Positions 11,801 through 20,822 of a DNA stretch of 64,000 nucleotides are shown here, in pieces. A model generated the notes under the pieces. That model saw only the letters and a program-made list of their open reading frames with translations. It was not told the DNA's origin and did no database searches. A program made the position numbers and the translations under genes. Each line of letters opens with the position of its first letter. The first letter of the stretch is position 1. Source of the DNA: an uncultured bacterium (GTDB lineage Bacteria > UBP6 > UBA1177 > CALOFP01); assembly GCA_942492635.1 (NCBI GenBank), contig CALOFP010000003.1, positions 1,137,102 through 1,201,101 of the forward strand. Reading direction: 5' to 3'.

Positions 11801-14335
11801 GAAGATCCTGAAAACCCCCGAGACAGCGATGGCGACGGAATTCCCGATTTTGCGGATTCTGATTCTGATGACGATGGAATTTCGGACAAAGATGAAGGCG
11901 ACAGGGACAGTGATGAGGATGGAATCCCCGACTTTCTGGATGCCGATTCAGATTCCGATGGTGTAACTGACGACAAGGACAACTGCAGGCTCGCTGCCAA
12001 CAGCGATCAGGCCGATATCGACGAAGACGGAATCGGCAACGTGTGTGATGATGATCGGGACGGTGACGGTATTCCGAATGAAAAGGAGGTCGAAATCGGA
12101 TCCGATCCGGACAATCCGGACAGCGACGGTGACGGGAAAATCGACTCGGAAGAGATTCCGGACACGGAAACACCTAAAGACACTGACGGAGACGGTATCA
12201 TCGATGCACTGGATGATGACAGTGACGGCGACGGCGTGAAGGACAGGGATGAGGGAACCGGTGATATCGACAACGACGGTATCCCCGACTACCTGGACAG
12301 CGATTCCGATAACGACGGTGTGAAGGATTCGGAAGACAACTGTCTCCACACGCAAAATCCGGATCAGAAAGATCTTGATCAGGACGATCTTGGAGATGCA
12401 TGTGACGACGACCGGGACAGCGACGGTATTCCCAACGAAAAGGAGATTGAAGCGGGATCGAATCCGGACAAACATGACAGTGACGGTGACGGAATTCCCG
12501 ATTCGGATGAATTCAACAACGGCATAGACAGTGACAAGGACGGAATCATCGATGCCATGGATACCGACAGCGACAACGACGGTATTCCCGATGGAGAGGA
12601 AAACAGAAAGGATACCGATAACGACGGAATTCCCGATTTTCTTGACGGAGACAGTGACGGAGACGGAGTACGGGACAAGGACGACAACTGCCTTCTCGTC
12701 CCCAACTCCGATCAGGCAGATCTTGACGGCGACGGTATGGGCGATATCTGCGACGACGATCGTGACGGCGACGGTATTTCAAACGAAAAGGAGAATGAAA
12801 TCGGAACAAATCCGGATAAAACCGATAGCGACGGCGACGGAATTCCCGACAATGTAGAAATCGATAACACCGAAAAACCCAAGGATACGGATGGAGACGG
12901 AATCATCGACGCTGCGGAAGATGACTGCGATGGAGACGGAATAAATGACAACGAGGACAACTGCTGTGAGATATCCAACGCTGACCAGAGTGATCTGGAC
13001 GGTGACGGAATCGGCGACGCCTGCGATCCCGATCGTGACGGCGACGGTATTTCTAATGAAAAGGAGAATGAAATCGGAACAAATCCGGACAAGACCGACA
13101 GCGACGGCGATGGAATCGACGATTCTACGGAGTTCGGAAACGGTACGGAACCGAAAGACAGCGACGGTGACGGAATTGTCGATGCTGCGGATGAAGACAG
13201 CGACGGAGACGGAATTCCCGACAGCGCCGAAACCGGCACCGGCCAGATAAAGGACACAGACGGCGACGGAACGCCGGATCATCTCGATTCCGATAAGGAC
13301 GGCGACGGTGTGAATGACGATAAGGACAACTGTCCGAATGTTAAAAACAGCGATCAGGCGGATCTGGACGGCGACAAGTTCGGTGATCTCTGCGATGAGG
13401 ATCGTGACGGCGACGGTATCCCGAATGAGGAGGAGGACGCCATAGGATCGAACCCCAACAATCCCGATTCCGACAACGACGGTATTCCCGACGGTGACGA
13501 ACTTGGAAAGGATCGTGGTTATCCGGAAGATACCGACGGAGACGGAATTCCGGATGTCGTAGACAAGGACAGCGACGGAGACGGAATAAGTGACAGGGAG
13601 GAGGCGGGAAAAACCGATCCGACAGCGGATCCCAAGGATACAGACGGCGACGGAACTCCCGACTATCTCGAAAAGGATTGCGACGACGACGGCGTGGATG
13701 ACGATAAGGACAACTGTCCGCTTGTTGCCAATCCTGATCAGCTCGATACTGATGGAAACGGTGAAGGAGACCTGTGTGACGGAGACAAGGACGGCGACGG
13801 CGTTGAAAATGAAGAGGATAACTGCCCTCTCGTAAGAAACAACGATCAGAACGATCTGGAGGGTGACGGTATCGGAGATGTTTGTGATGGTGACGACGAC
13901 GGCGACAACATCTCCGACAGTACGGACAACTGTCCTCTGGTTGCTAATCCTTCACAGGATGACAGCGACGGCGACGGAATCGGAGACGCCTGTGACGATC
14001 CGGACAGCGACAAGGACGGACTCAGCGACGAGGAGGAGAAGAAGCTGGGAACAGATCCCAACAACCCCGACAGCGACGGCGACGGAGTTAAGGACGGCAT
14101 GGAATCGCTCAAGGACAGCGACGGCGACGGAGTTATTGATGTTAAGGACCCTGACAACAGCGATCCATACGATGAAAACTTCGACGTGGGCGGCGGAGGC
14201 GGATGTTCGATAATGGCAGTCACAGAGGAAAACGACGATCTTCCAATTTGGGTAACTCTTCTGCTGCTCTTTCTGATACTCTTTTCAGCAAAATCTAAAA
14301 ATCCGATCAATAGCAGACGAACAAACTCTGAATAG
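5894..14335 (+). CDS. Giant (2813 aa) secreted surface protein: N-terminal domain, 13 cadherin-like/He_PIG-like Ig modules, 11 thrombospondin type-3 (TSP3) calcium-binding super-repeats, and a C-terminal Gly-run/Cys/TM/basic tail
   Basis: The long ORF starts at 5741, but the ATG at 5894 has GGAGG 6 nt upstream and begins a signal peptide ([28 protein letters not shown]). The repeats have the form VN[DV]xPV...INEDS.Y.Y.F.A.D.D..D.L.LS...P.WL.F....G.LSGTP.N..VG. There are eleven DNCxxxxNxDQxDxDxDGxGDxCD motifs. Confidence 0.85.
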   Translation: MDRSKQWGFRFLVSTFLMIMFFSAGLEAADMVISGNPLVITSHGMGKKTVTYNSTRQYYSPFPTYLFLNGTTHRITSFTEVSHTKPDEWTIVAVYKNANPLVTITQTITYRNGDAYYKIVWDVKNESGTNFTDCRLIHGGDTYFGGFDSSEGNYDPTLKMVYLSNPDPNVDGIMGFYGAPSSPADHYFEGGYSENGSAMSSGRLPDTFVSSFIDSGYSLEWDRATFNNGETWSVTAFEKWTEAGMIQVFAPAAQDASPSQTLTYNFVLQNLQSSQDTFNLSLSSSQGWSSNISGSNPVTVSANGSATVSATLTVPANAAANVQDTLTLTATSNANGSINNSDSVTTTVVAPPNSAPVITQGSSTSVTMSEDSSPTAFNLTLNASDSNGDTITWSVTSPASHGTATANGTGTSKAIAYTPGANFNGSDSFVVQVSDGNGGTNTITVNVTIQPVNDPPVITSNPSTSINEDSPYSYTLTATDADTGDSKTLSAPTLPSWLSFNSASGVLSGTPGNDDVGSHTVKLRVNDGSVNIDQDFAITVVNVNDPPVISGSPATSVNEDSAYSFIPAANDVDTGDSKTFLITNKPGWASFDSSTGKLSGTPDNSHVGTTTGIVITVRDGSNAEDSIGPFNIEVVNTNDAPIISGSPATSVNEDSGYSFTPTVNDVDVGDSKTFTITNKPVWASFESTTGKLSGTPDNSHVGTTTGIVITVKDGSNAEDSVGPFNIEVINTNDAPVVTSTAVTSVNEDSGYSYTFTAEDVDASDSLTLSAPSIPTWLTFDPATGKLTGTPTNNEVGVHNITLRVNDGTVNTDQEFTITVTNTNDVPVITSTAPDSINEDSEYNYTFTAEDVDSTDSLTLSAPTIPTWLTFDPSTGKLSGTPTNNEVGIHNITLRVNDGTVDIDENFTITVTNVNDCPVVTSTAVTSVNEDSTYNYNFTAEDVDVGDNLTLSAPTIPAWLNFNPETGKLSGTPTNDEVGTHNIVLRVNDGKVDVDQEFSITVVNTNDAPVISGTPAATVNEDSPYSFTPAVSDVDDGDTKTFTITNKPDWADFDSTTGNLSGTPENSHVGTVSGIVITVKDSADAQDSIGPFNIEVINTNDAPAVTSTAVTSVNEDSGYSYTFTAEDMDVGDDLTLSAPTIPAWLTFDAATGILSGTPTNDEVGFHRIVLRVNDGTVDVDQEFKISVVNVNDLPVITSTAPTSVDEDSGYSYTFTAEDVDAGDNLTLSAPSIPLWLDFDPETGELSGTPTNDAVGVHNIVLRVNDGTVDVDQTFSITVANVNDAPVITSAAQESVNEDSEYRYTFTAEDEDVGDKLTLSAPILPKWLNFDPATGQLHGTPTNDEVGIHNVTLRVSDAKVEIYQDFTITVVNVNDPPVIESQTATFSINEDSYINFDLNSVIATDVDDSYPAGFSMSILPGDNYSFSGLQVAPDRDYFGELFVRVSVNDGELDSAPFEISVTVNPVNDVPYFVSPTPTGTVNIGEGISNRFTIRAEDVDNTNITYGANDLPAGAHVDGSTGEFSWKPTWRDAGIYPIVIFATDGQHPVIRNLTLVAEYIDNDRDDLPDLWEVTVGLDPYNSDSDGDTIPDEVEVGANLDMPLDSDGDGVIDALDDDSDNDGIPDQLEAGKDVAEKGPRDTDGDGVPDYLDADSDNDSVNDDIDNCVLVSNEDQLDTDLDDIGDLCENDTDGDGIEDDIETVIGTDPMNRDSDGDGIDDNIEIGDPVNPPDSDSDGIIDALDTDSDNDGIEDRKERGEGETPVDTDSDGIPDYLDRDSDDDNVEDSLDNCPTIENSDQTDVNENGIGDACESDLDGDGVSNFHEAKIGTDPNNADSDGDGISDDVEIGDPENPKDSDGDGIIDALDTDSDNDGIDDRDEWGTGEKPQDTDGDGTPDYLDTDSDNDGVEDSADNCRTASNADQSDLNENGIGDRCEDDRDGDGVSDEDEAKAGSNPDLADTDGDGIGDGKEIGEDPENPRDSDGDGIPDFADSDSDDDGISDKDEGDRDSDEDGIPDFLDADSDSDGVTDDKDNCRLAANSDQADIDEDGIGNVCDDDRDGDGIPNEKEVEIGSDPDNPDSDGDGKIDSEEIPDTETPKDTDGDGIIDALDDDSDGDGVKDRDEGTGDIDNDGIPDYLDSDSDNDGVKDSEDNCLHTQNPDQKDLDQDDLGDACDDDRDSDGIPNEKEIEAGSNPDKHDSDGDGIPDSDEFNNGIDSDKDGIIDAMDTDSDNDGIPDGEENRKDTDNDGIPDFLDGDSDGDGVRDKDDNCLLVPNSDQADLDGDGMGDICDDDRDGDGISNEKENEIGTNPDKTDSDGDGIPDNVEIDNTEKPKDTDGDGIIDAAEDDCDGDGINDNEDNCCEISNADQSDLDGDGIGDACDPDRDGDGISNEKENEIGTNPDKTDSDGDGIDDSTEFGNGTEPKDSDGDGIVDAADEDSDGDGIPDSAETGTGQIKDTDGDGTPDHLDSDKDGDGVNDDKDNCPNVKNSDQADLDGDKFGDLCDEDRDGDGIPNEEEDAIGSNPNNPDSDNDGIPDGDELGKDRGYPEDTDGDGIPDVVDKDSDGDGISDREEAGKTDPTADPKDTDGDGTPDYLEKDCDDDGVDDDKDNCPLVANPDQLDTDGNGEGDLCDGDKDGDGVENEEDNCPLVRNNDQNDLEGDGIGDVCDGDDDGDNISDSTDNCPLVANPSQDDSDGDGIGDACDDPDSDKDGLSDEEEKKLGTDPNNPDSDGDGVKDGMESLKDSDGDGVIDVKDPDNSDPYDENFDVGGGGGCSIMAVTEENDDLPIWVTLLLLFLILFSAKSKNPINSRRTNSE
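6940..10560 (+). repeat. Array of ~92-aa cadherin-like / He_PIG-like module repeats (13 modules) within the giant CDS
   Basis: The protein repeats are bounded by VN(D/T)xP(V/I) and show clear DNA-level similarity between modules, for example 7800-8090 versus 7530-7800. Confidence 0.8.
10560..14150 (+). repeat. TSP3-type Asp-rich calcium-binding repeat array (~115-aa super-units) within the giant CDS
   Basis: The pattern [18 protein letters not shown].....N.DQ.D.D.DG.GD.CD.D.DGDG recurs throughout. GAY-rich codons leave many shadow ORFs open on both strands. Confidence 0.85.
14189..14332 (+). other. C-terminal tripartite sorting-signal-like tail of the giant protein
   Basis: The tail reads GGGGGCS, an acidic spacer ([12 protein letters not shown]), a hydrophobic helix ([13 protein letters not shown]), then a basic end ([16 protein letters not shown]). 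Confidence 0.5.
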
Positions 14336-14588
14336 CTGTCGCAAATTTCTTTTTAGAAACTTCATCAATTCTCTTCACTCTGAAAAACAATAGATTCTCT
14401 ATTCGAATTTCCAATATTTCCCGAGTCCATTTTTCTTAAACAACAAAACTGCAGGGTCGTTTTCTAAAACCCGATAAATTATGAAGAGATAGGAATATAA
14501 AAGCCGAATTACTCATTGACATATTTTTCAAATAAGATACAATGGTAATATTTTTCCTCAAACATACAAACTTTTCCTGAGGACAGGA

Positions 14589-15479
14589 ATGAAGATAAGT
14601 TTCTGCAAAAACCCTATCGTTTTTTCTCTCCCTCTAATCTTTTCACTGCTCATAACTTTTTCCTGCGGAAGCGAAGATATCGTCTCTCTCGAAAGGGACT
14701 CTCTTCCTGCGAACCACAAAAAAATCACGGTCAGAATTACCGACTACTGTCCTGAGGACAACAAGGAGTACGTGGACTTTTACGCCGTAAACAGATCGGC
14801 GAGGATCAGGGATGGAGAGCTTCGTATAGATTTCGACAGGGAGGGACTGGTCAACATCTACGACAACGATGAGGAACTCAACATAAATCCGTTCAAGGCG
14901 GACAGCAACGGCGACGGCTACGGGGACTTCCTGATCCACCTCTCGGGAATCAACCGGGAAAATCAGACTCACCTTAAAATATGCGAGGATCCCACTCAGG
15001 ACACCGATCTGGACGGTCTTACCGACTGCGAAGAGAACAACCTGCTCCACACCCATCCCCAATATTTCGATACCGATCACGACGGAATCCCGGATGAGCT
15101 GGAGGTGAGAAACAACATGAATCCCAGTGACCCCAACGATGCGTTCCAGGATATAGACGGTGACATGCTTTCAAATTCCGACGAGATCAAGTTGAACACA
15201 CCTATAGATGTAAGCAACACGAGATCAATAAATTCGCTTGCCTACAGGTACGACATACAGACCGAAATCAGGGAAGGCAGGAGCTGCTACGATATGACTG
15301 TTTTCAACATTCCTCTGGTCAAAGTATCAAACGGCAACCTGATCCGCATATATCTCATTGAAAAGATCAGCGATCTGGACATGAACATGAGAACTTTCAG
15401 AATCCTGGTCGATCATGACAAATATGAGGACGATGATGTCCTGGAGTTTACTTTGGATTCACTCAAGGAGGGAGCTTAA
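14589..15479 (+). CDS. Lipoprotein with TSP3-like Ca-binding motifs and a C-terminal module shared with the next gene
   Basis: It has a signal and lipobox (LLITFSC). TSP3-like motifs are DSNGDGYGD, DTDLDGLTDCEE and DTDHDGIPDELE. The C-terminal YRYDIQTEIREGRSCYDMTVFNIP...LIRIYLIE is paralogous to 15483..17207. Confidence 0.75.
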   Translation: MKISFCKNPIVFSLPLIFSLLITFSCGSEDIVSLERDSLPANHKKITVRITDYCPEDNKEYVDFYAVNRSARIRDGELRIDFDREGLVNIYDNDEELNINPFKADSNGDGYGDFLIHLSGINRENQTHLKICEDPTQDTDLDGLTDCEENNLLHTHPQYFDTDHDGIPDELEVRNNMNPSDPNDAFQDIDGDMLSNSDEIKLNTPIDVSNTRSINSLAYRYDIQTEIREGRSCYDMTVFNIPLVKVSNGNLIRIYLIEKISDLDMNMRTFRILVDHDKYEDDDVLEFTLDSLKEGA

Positions 15480-15482
15480 ATC

Positions 15483-17207
15483 ATGAAAACCATGAAAATC
15501 ATTGAAATTTCCTCGCTTTTCCTGTTGATTTCAAGTCTACTCCTTTTCGGCTGCGGCAAAGAGAAGCTAAAGGAACTCGATAAGTACCAGCTGATCAAGA
15601 ACCAGCTGGTGAGTGCAGAGGTCGATTTCTGCACGATAAAGGCGGATAAAATAAAATCGAACCTGAAGTTCATCTTCGTAGTCGACAAATCAGGAAGCAA
15701 CCAGGATATTCCCTCAAAAAGCAAACTTGGAACCGATACGGACGGCAGTCGCCGTTACGTTCCCCTGCAGACCTATCTCGACGCTTCGGATTCTGATCAG
15801 ACCACCTTCTACTCCCTCATAAACTTCTCCACAAATTCCAAACTGGTTGTGGGGTTCACTAACGACAAGGAGGAGTTCGAGAACGTTATCGAGCAGGAAA
15901 ATCCCAACGGTGCCGAAACGCCCGATCCTTCAGACGGAGGGTGGACGAACTTCTCAAGGGCACTCAAGGAGATAAGCGATCTTATTGCAAACGATATTGC
16001 CGAGGCAAAGAAACAGCCCAAGGTTGTCAGCTCGTTCTACGTTGTAATTTTCATCAGCGACGGAGCACCCTATATCGGAACGGACACACTTCAGAAAAAG
16101 CAGGATATTCTCGATCAGGTAAAGGGTCTGACCGCTTTTGAAGAGGGAAACAGGGAGTACGTGGACAGCGTTCAGCTTCATACCGCCTACTACTACAACG
16201 ATGAGGTCGATTCGGAAGCTCAGATATACATGCAGGAGATGGCGAAAGTCGGAAACGGAGATTCGTTTGAATTCGGGTCGGGCCAGGTTATCGATTTTTC
16301 CCAGTTCAGTGTTCCTGAAAGAAAGGTAAAACATCTTCTTCGAGACATCATCGTAACAAACGTGAGCACAAAGTGGCACGGTGACCAGCTTCAGATGGAT
16401 ACCGACGGAGACGGCCTTGTCGACGAGCTTGAAGATACTCTCGGTTCGAACAAGTACTGGGCCGACAGCGACGGAAACGGAATTTCAGACGGAGTGGAGT
16501 ACTACATTTCAGAAAGACCGTGCAGGGACCCCAACTGCGCACCTCAGAACAGCGAGCCCTACATCGCCTGTAACAAGTGGGAGGTTCCCGATGAGGAAAC
16601 GGATAGTGAAACATCGGATGACGATTCGGTTGATGAAGATGTCAGTGATGAGGAAATTTCAAATAGTGAAGTCCCTGATGACGACGGTTTCAAACCCTGG
16701 CTTCCGGAAAAACCTCCGGTCGTACGAAAGCTTACGGATCTGGACAAGGATTTTCTCAACGACTGTGAGGAACAGATTGTTCTCAAGAGCAAGATCGAAA
16801 GTTTCGACTCCAACGAGGACTGGATTCCCGACGGACTGGCATTCAGAAGATCCATGGCCTTCGTTGAGGGCACCAATCAGGAGTCTCTTCTCGATCCGGA
16901 CTGGGACGGCGCCAACAACTATTCGGAGGTGAAAACCAACACTCCGATGCAATACGACAACAACAAGATATACGGTATAAAACCATACAGATACAAGATC
17001 GAAACTGTGAAAGAAGACAGTGCCCAGACATGTTTCCATCTCAAGGTCGACCAGATTCCGGCAAAAACGGAACATGACCTCATAAGGGTCTACATCATGG
17101 AAAACACGTCGGTTATAAACAACAAACGTTTTTTCAGAACCGCAGAGAAAAGGCTCAGGCCGGGAGTAACCAATGTAAAATTCAAGGACGATGATTTCAC
17201 AAATTAA
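15483..17207 (+). CDS. vWA-domain lipoprotein with TSP3-like motifs, an acidic linker and the shared C-terminal module
   Basis: An RBS (GGAGGGA) precedes the start, and the lipobox is LLLFGC. MIDAS-type DxSxS (FVVDKSGSN) and a later ISDG motif mark the vWA domain. Further motifs are DTDGDGLVDELED and DSDGNGISDG. The C-terminus reads YRYKIETVKEDSAQTCFHLKVDQIP...LIRVYIME. Confidence 0.8.
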   Translation: MKTMKIIEISSLFLLISSLLLFGCGKEKLKELDKYQLIKNQLVSAEVDFCTIKADKIKSNLKFIFVVDKSGSNQDIPSKSKLGTDTDGSRRYVPLQTYLDASDSDQTTFYSLINFSTNSKLVVGFTNDKEEFENVIEQENPNGAETPDPSDGGWTNFSRALKEISDLIANDIAEAKKQPKVVSSFYVVIFISDGAPYIGTDTLQKKQDILDQVKGLTAFEEGNREYVDSVQLHTAYYYNDEVDSEAQIYMQEMAKVGNGDSFEFGSGQVIDFSQFSVPERKVKHLLRDIIVTNVSTKWHGDQLQMDTDGDGLVDELEDTLGSNKYWADSDGNGISDGVEYYISERPCRDPNCAPQNSEPYIACNKWEVPDEETDSETSDDDSVDEDVSDEEISNSEVPDDDGFKPWLPEKPPVVRKLTDLDKDFLNDCEEQIVLKSKIESFDSNEDWIPDGLAFRRSMAFVEGTNQESLLDPDWDGANNYSEVKTNTPMQYDNNKIYGIKPYRYKIETVKEDSAQTCFHLKVDQIPAKTEHDLIRVYIMENTSVINNKRFFRTAEKRLRPGVTNVKFKDDDFTN

Positions 17208-17227
17208 AAACTTTAATGGAGGGATCC

Positions 17228-18901
17228 ATGAACAGAAAACATTTTTTCTTCATCAGCCTTTTAACTTCCCTGGTGCTTTTAACCTTCGGATGCGATGAGG
17301 CTAAACAGGGAGACCCCGGCATTGAAATCACCGTCAAATCGGAGGCTTATCTATTGGAGTCGATTGAGCTTTCCGCAACACCAAAGGAGAGGCTCTCCGA
17401 TTTTCAGTGGTCTCTTGCCTATGAGTCGGGAAGGTCGGTAGATTCGTGTGACGCATACAATGTTCCCGTTATCCACTGCACCTTCGATGAAGGCGGGGAA
17501 GTGACAATTACTTTGAAAGGCGACACTATCCACAGGGAAAAAATCGACATTAATAAAAAGGTGAAAGTACTCGATCAGGACTACCCTGTAAACCAGGCTC
17601 CGGTTATCCTGCTCGCCCTCAAATCCGAAAGCAACGAAGGCGCCGTAGTTTCCACCCTTCACTACAAGGAGAGCGGCGTTATAGCCTTCCCTGTAAACGA
17701 GAAGGTTGATCTGGACTTTTCCGGCACAACCGACGACAACAGCACGGTTGACGAACTCTCGTACCAGATCGATTTCGGAAGCGGTTTTAAAAAAGTTGAA
17801 AAGATAGACAGCCACACATTTACCGAGGTCGGTCAGAAGGTGATAAAGGTGAAGGTATCCGATCCGGACAGCCACACGGCGGAAAAAACATTCATGGCCT
17901 TCATAAGCTGCTCCGATGAAGAGAATAAGCTCGCAGTTGACGCATCGAAAATCAAGATCACCGCCGACGATGTACACAACTTTTTCACATACGACGCCAC
18001 CGGCGCTGCAACGGCCGGTGAAAATGCGAAATTCAAATACAGGTGGGATTTCAACGGAGACAACATCTTCGACAGCGACTGGCTGGAAGCTGCCAGCATC
18101 TACGAATACACAATTTTCAGAGGACTCCGCAATGTGAAACTGAAGGTGTGGGAAACCACATGCCACAACGTAGCCCAGGTTAACCTCGGAGATCTTGAGC
18201 CTGCCCGATACAACTTTCAGATTCCAATGGCGGACGGAGTTCCCAAGACTCTTCAGGGGCCGCAGATACCTGGATACTACTTTATCCAGGGACACGTTGC
18301 AGGACTGGAAGAGTTTAAATCGAACAATACCAATGCGGATGTAGTCGTGACGAAGATTATGACTGCATCAAAGGAAGAGCAGTGGAGAGTGGAATGCGAT
18401 TACAGAAAAGACCGTGAGGATCTCTCCAAGGCTACATTTACAATAAAGGGTCAGAACAGATACGAACGAAGCGGAGAGGACGGTGAGCTCCACGGATTTC
18501 TCCTGAAGGTAAGGGACATCAACGACCCGATGAACGACAAGATGTCCGGGGGAGACAGTGTTTCCTTCGAAAACGCAGGCGGTACTCTCGACAAAGCCTA
18601 CTACTACACGGACGAAGGGTACGACAAGGTAAGCAACGTCATCTACAGCAGGGACGGCGATTGTGATATAAACCTTGTTCTGACAGCAGTGCCGAATGAA
18701 GGAACGTGTGCGGACGGAACTCCCGATTTCGAATATGCCATCACAATTGACGGAACCTACTCCTGTCCGAAAATGAAAGGTACCAACAAAAAATTCGTAG
18801 AGATTAAGAAGGGGGCCTTTTACTGTGAGGTTTCAAAGGTCGACGGCTGCATCGGAGGCGGCGGAGGAGGCGGCGGCGGACAGCCTCCGGTTGAAGAGTA
18901 A
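17228..18901 (+). CDS. Lipoprotein with about three PKD-like Ig domains, a Cys-containing C-terminal domain and a poly-Gly tail
   Basis: The ATG at 17228 follows GGAGGG, and the lipobox is LLTFGC. PKD-like signatures include YRWDFNGDNIFDSDW and VKVSDPDSHTAEKTF. The protein ends in CIGGGGGGGGGQPPVEE. Confidence 0.7.
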   Translation: MNRKHFFFISLLTSLVLLTFGCDEAKQGDPGIEITVKSEAYLLESIELSATPKERLSDFQWSLAYESGRSVDSCDAYNVPVIHCTFDEGGEVTITLKGDTIHREKIDINKKVKVLDQDYPVNQAPVILLALKSESNEGAVVSTLHYKESGVIAFPVNEKVDLDFSGTTDDNSTVDELSYQIDFGSGFKKVEKIDSHTFTEVGQKVIKVKVSDPDSHTAEKTFMAFISCSDEENKLAVDASKIKITADDVHNFFTYDATGAATAGENAKFKYRWDFNGDNIFDSDWLEAASIYEYTIFRGLRNVKLKVWETTCHNVAQVNLGDLEPARYNFQIPMADGVPKTLQGPQIPGYYFIQGHVAGLEEFKSNNTNADVVVTKIMTASKEEQWRVECDYRKDREDLSKATFTIKGQNRYERSGEDGELHGFLLKVRDINDPMNDKMSGGDSVSFENAGGTLDKAYYYTDEGYDKVSNVIYSRDGDCDINLVLTAVPNEGTCADGTPDFEYAITIDGTYSCPKMKGTNKKFVEIKKGAFYCEVSKVDGCIGGGGGGGGGQPPVEE

Positions 18902-18948
18902 AAACAGTTATAAATGTCATTTTTGTATGATTTTTGAGGAGATTCACC

Positions 18949-19566
18949 ATGATCGATTTTTTGAATGAAGGCGGCATCTTCATGTACATTATCCTGGCAG
19001 TTTCCGTTGTTGCCGTTGCGATTATTATTGAAAAAGTTTACATGCTTCATTTCTACTACAAACCGCGACAGACGTTTTTCAACGACATCATCAACTACGT
19101 CAAAAAGGGAGATCTTCCATCAGCCAAGCTTCTCTGCAGCGGCACCAATCACCCCCTTGCAAAGGTCATTGCCATTCTTCTCAACAACAATCACTACTGC
19201 AAGGAGGCGATGGAATCCGAGATCAGCAAGGAGGTGCAGAAGCTGACTCCCAGAATCCAGAAACACACAAACTATCTCCACATGATTGGAAACATCGCCA
19301 CCCTTCTGGGTCTCATCGGGACAATCAAGGGTCTCATCATGTCCTTTTCCAGTCTCCAGAGCAGCAGCGCAGCAAGCAAGGCTGAGCTTCTGGCTGCCGG
19401 TATTTCGACGGCGATGAATACGACCGCATTCGGTCTGATCATTGCAATTCCCTGCATTGTGGCCTACACAATTCTCGTAAACATGGAAACGGACATCATG
19501 CAGAAATACAATGAAACACTGACAGAAATTTCCCATATAATCGACTTTGAAATTCTCAAATCCTAA
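18949..19566 (+). CDS. MotA/TolQ/ExbB-family proton channel (AglR-like position)
   Basis: The ATG at 18949 follows GAGGAG. The protein has three hydrophobic helices and the characteristic C-terminal half NIATLLGLIGTIKGLI...AAGISTAMNTTAFGLIIAIP. Confidence 0.85.
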   Translation: MIDFLNEGGIFMYIILAVSVVAVAIIIEKVYMLHFYYKPRQTFFNDIINYVKKGDLPSAKLLCSGTNHPLAKVIAILLNNNHYCKEAMESEISKEVQKLTPRIQKHTNYLHMIGNIATLLGLIGTIKGLIMSFSSLQSSSAASKAELLAAGISTAMNTTAFGLIIAIPCIVAYTILVNMETDIMQKYNETLTEISHIIDFEILKS

Positions 19567-19578
19567 AGGAAGGCTGCC

Positions 19579-20085
19579 ATGAGTTTCAAATTTAAAGTCC
19601 CGACAAGAGAAGTTGAAGATGCTGATGTATTGCTTCCCATCATGAGCCTGATGCTCATACTTATTCCTGTTCTTGTAGGAAACATGGCCTTCTATCACTT
19701 TCACGCCGTGAGGGTCAACTCTCCGGCCGTCAGCGAAGATGCGGCGGCCGCCGCTCTCGAGAAGAAAAAGAGCACTATGAAGGTAATGGCGAGATTGAAA
19801 ATTCTCCCGGAGATCTTCAACCTTGAACTTCTCGATGAGGATTCGGGCAACATCATCGTGAGAAAAGAGATAAGGCGGGACACAACCGGAGTGGTACATT
19901 TGAGAAAGGAACTCAACAAGATGGTTGAAGAGTACAAGAAACTCGATGTTCTCCTCCTGAGTTCCTACAGGAAACTTCGATACGAGCAGCTCATAACCAT
20001 CCTGGACGAGGGTGTAAAATCGATTACAGATGTAAAAACCAAGAAATCGGCGCTGAAAGTCGTGATGGTTCCCGAGGAGGTTTGA
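19579..20085 (+). CDS. ExbD/TolR-family protein, copy 1
   Basis: There is a single N-terminal TM helix preceded by Asp (ADVLLPIMSLMLILIPVLV). The size is right and it sits immediately after the TolQ-like gene, with a 12-nt gap. Confidence 0.65.
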   Translation: MSFKFKVPTREVEDADVLLPIMSLMLILIPVLVGNMAFYHFHAVRVNSPAVSEDAAAAALEKKKSTMKVMARLKILPEIFNLELLDEDSGNIIVRKEIRRDTTGVVHLRKELNKMVEEYKKLDVLLLSSYRKLRYEQLITILDEGVKSITDVKTKKSALKVVMVPEEV

Positions 20086-20086
20086 C

Positions 20087-20575
20087 ATGGCTGACTTTTT
20101 CGATTCCGAAACCAAACGCAACCCGCCGAGGCTCAGCATCACATCTCTGATGGATGTGCTTACGATCATTCTCATTTTCCTTCTGACCAACTATTCGGAA
20201 GAGGCTCCTGACCCATCCATCGACTCCGGTGTTTCTCTTCCCATAATCGAGGCTAAATCCAGACGTCAGCCGGCGGCCTACGAGAAGGAGATAAAAGTAA
20301 CATTCGGCACCAACAAGCTTGTAATCGCCGACGACGAAATATCCTTCAAATCATTTGAGGACCAGGAGGAGCAGATCATAGAAGTAGCCGTAGGAAAGCT
20401 GAAGAATCTTATTTCCGACCTTAGTCCGGAAGAGAGACCCAACAGCGTGATAACGCTCCATGCGGACCGTGATGTAACCTACTACATGGTGGACAGCCTC
20501 ATGCGCTCCGCCTCCGTAGCGGGAATCACACAGATCGAGCTCGTGGGAATTTTTGAACAGAAGGGAGAAAAATAA
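20087..20575 (+). CDS. ExbD/TolR-family protein, copy 2
   Basis: An RBS (GAGGAGG) precedes the start. The TM helix has the conserved Asp (ITSLMDVLTIILIFLL) and is followed by a periplasmic alpha/beta domain. The start lies 1 nt after the preceding stop. Confidence 0.75.
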   Translation: MADFFDSETKRNPPRLSITSLMDVLTIILIFLLTNYSEEAPDPSIDSGVSLPIIEAKSRRQPAAYEKEIKVTFGTNKLVIADDEISFKSFEDQEEQIIEVAVGKLKNLISDLSPEERPNSVITLHADRDVTYYMVDSLMRSASVAGITQIELVGIFEQKGEK

Positions 20576-20577
20576 AG

Positions 20578-20808
20578 ATGAATAGAGTGATCAATGTATC
20601 TGTTTTTTCGTTTCTACTGCTCTTTTTATACGCATCGGCCGTCGGAGCGGATAAAAAACAGATTCCGGAAGAAAAAAAGGCGATAGAGATAAAAGGTCAG
20701 ACAAGAAACTTCAACATGACACTGATTCTCAAAACCAAGAAAGACAAGATTTCCTTCGTGAAGACAAGAACCGATTACAGAAAGGAAATTCTCTCTACAG
20801 AACCGTAA
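20578..20808 (+). CDS. Small (76 aa) secreted protein of unknown function (GltF-like position)
   Basis: It carries a signal peptide (MNRVINVSVFSFLLLFLYASAVGA) and a Lys-rich mature part. It is tightly packed between the ExbD-like and TonB-like genes. Confidence 0.6.
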   Translation: MNRVINVSVFSFLLLFLYASAVGADKKQIPEEKKAIEIKGQTRNFNMTLILKTKKDKISFVKTRTDYRKEILSTEP

Positions 20809-20822
20809 ATCCGGGGTGAAAA

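Noticed and set aside
10600-14310. Dozens of 60-180-aa ORFs on both strands inside the TSP3 region (for example 12712..13257, 11948..12475, 13846..14310)
   Set aside because: The GAY/GGN-rich repetitive codons of the TSP3 array suppress stop codons in several frames. The translations are low-complexity S/P/R-rich strings, and the single long + frame explains the region.
17351-18295. 314-aa ORF on the - strand
   Set aside because: It is antisense to the PKD-like lipoprotein gene, which has an RBS, a lipobox and domain signatures. The ORF itself has no features supporting it.
18851-18880. Poly-Gly coding run as a slipped-strand phase-variation tract
   Set aside because: The codons are a mix of GGA/GGC/GGG (ggaggcggcggaggaggcggcggcgga), not a homopolymer or perfect short repeat. 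Any slippage by triplets would also stay in frame.
19120-20190. 356-aa ORF on the - strand
   Set aside because: It lies entirely antisense to the well-supported TolQ-like and ExbD-like genes. It has no RBS or recognisable motifs, and its sequence is typical of a shadow frame.
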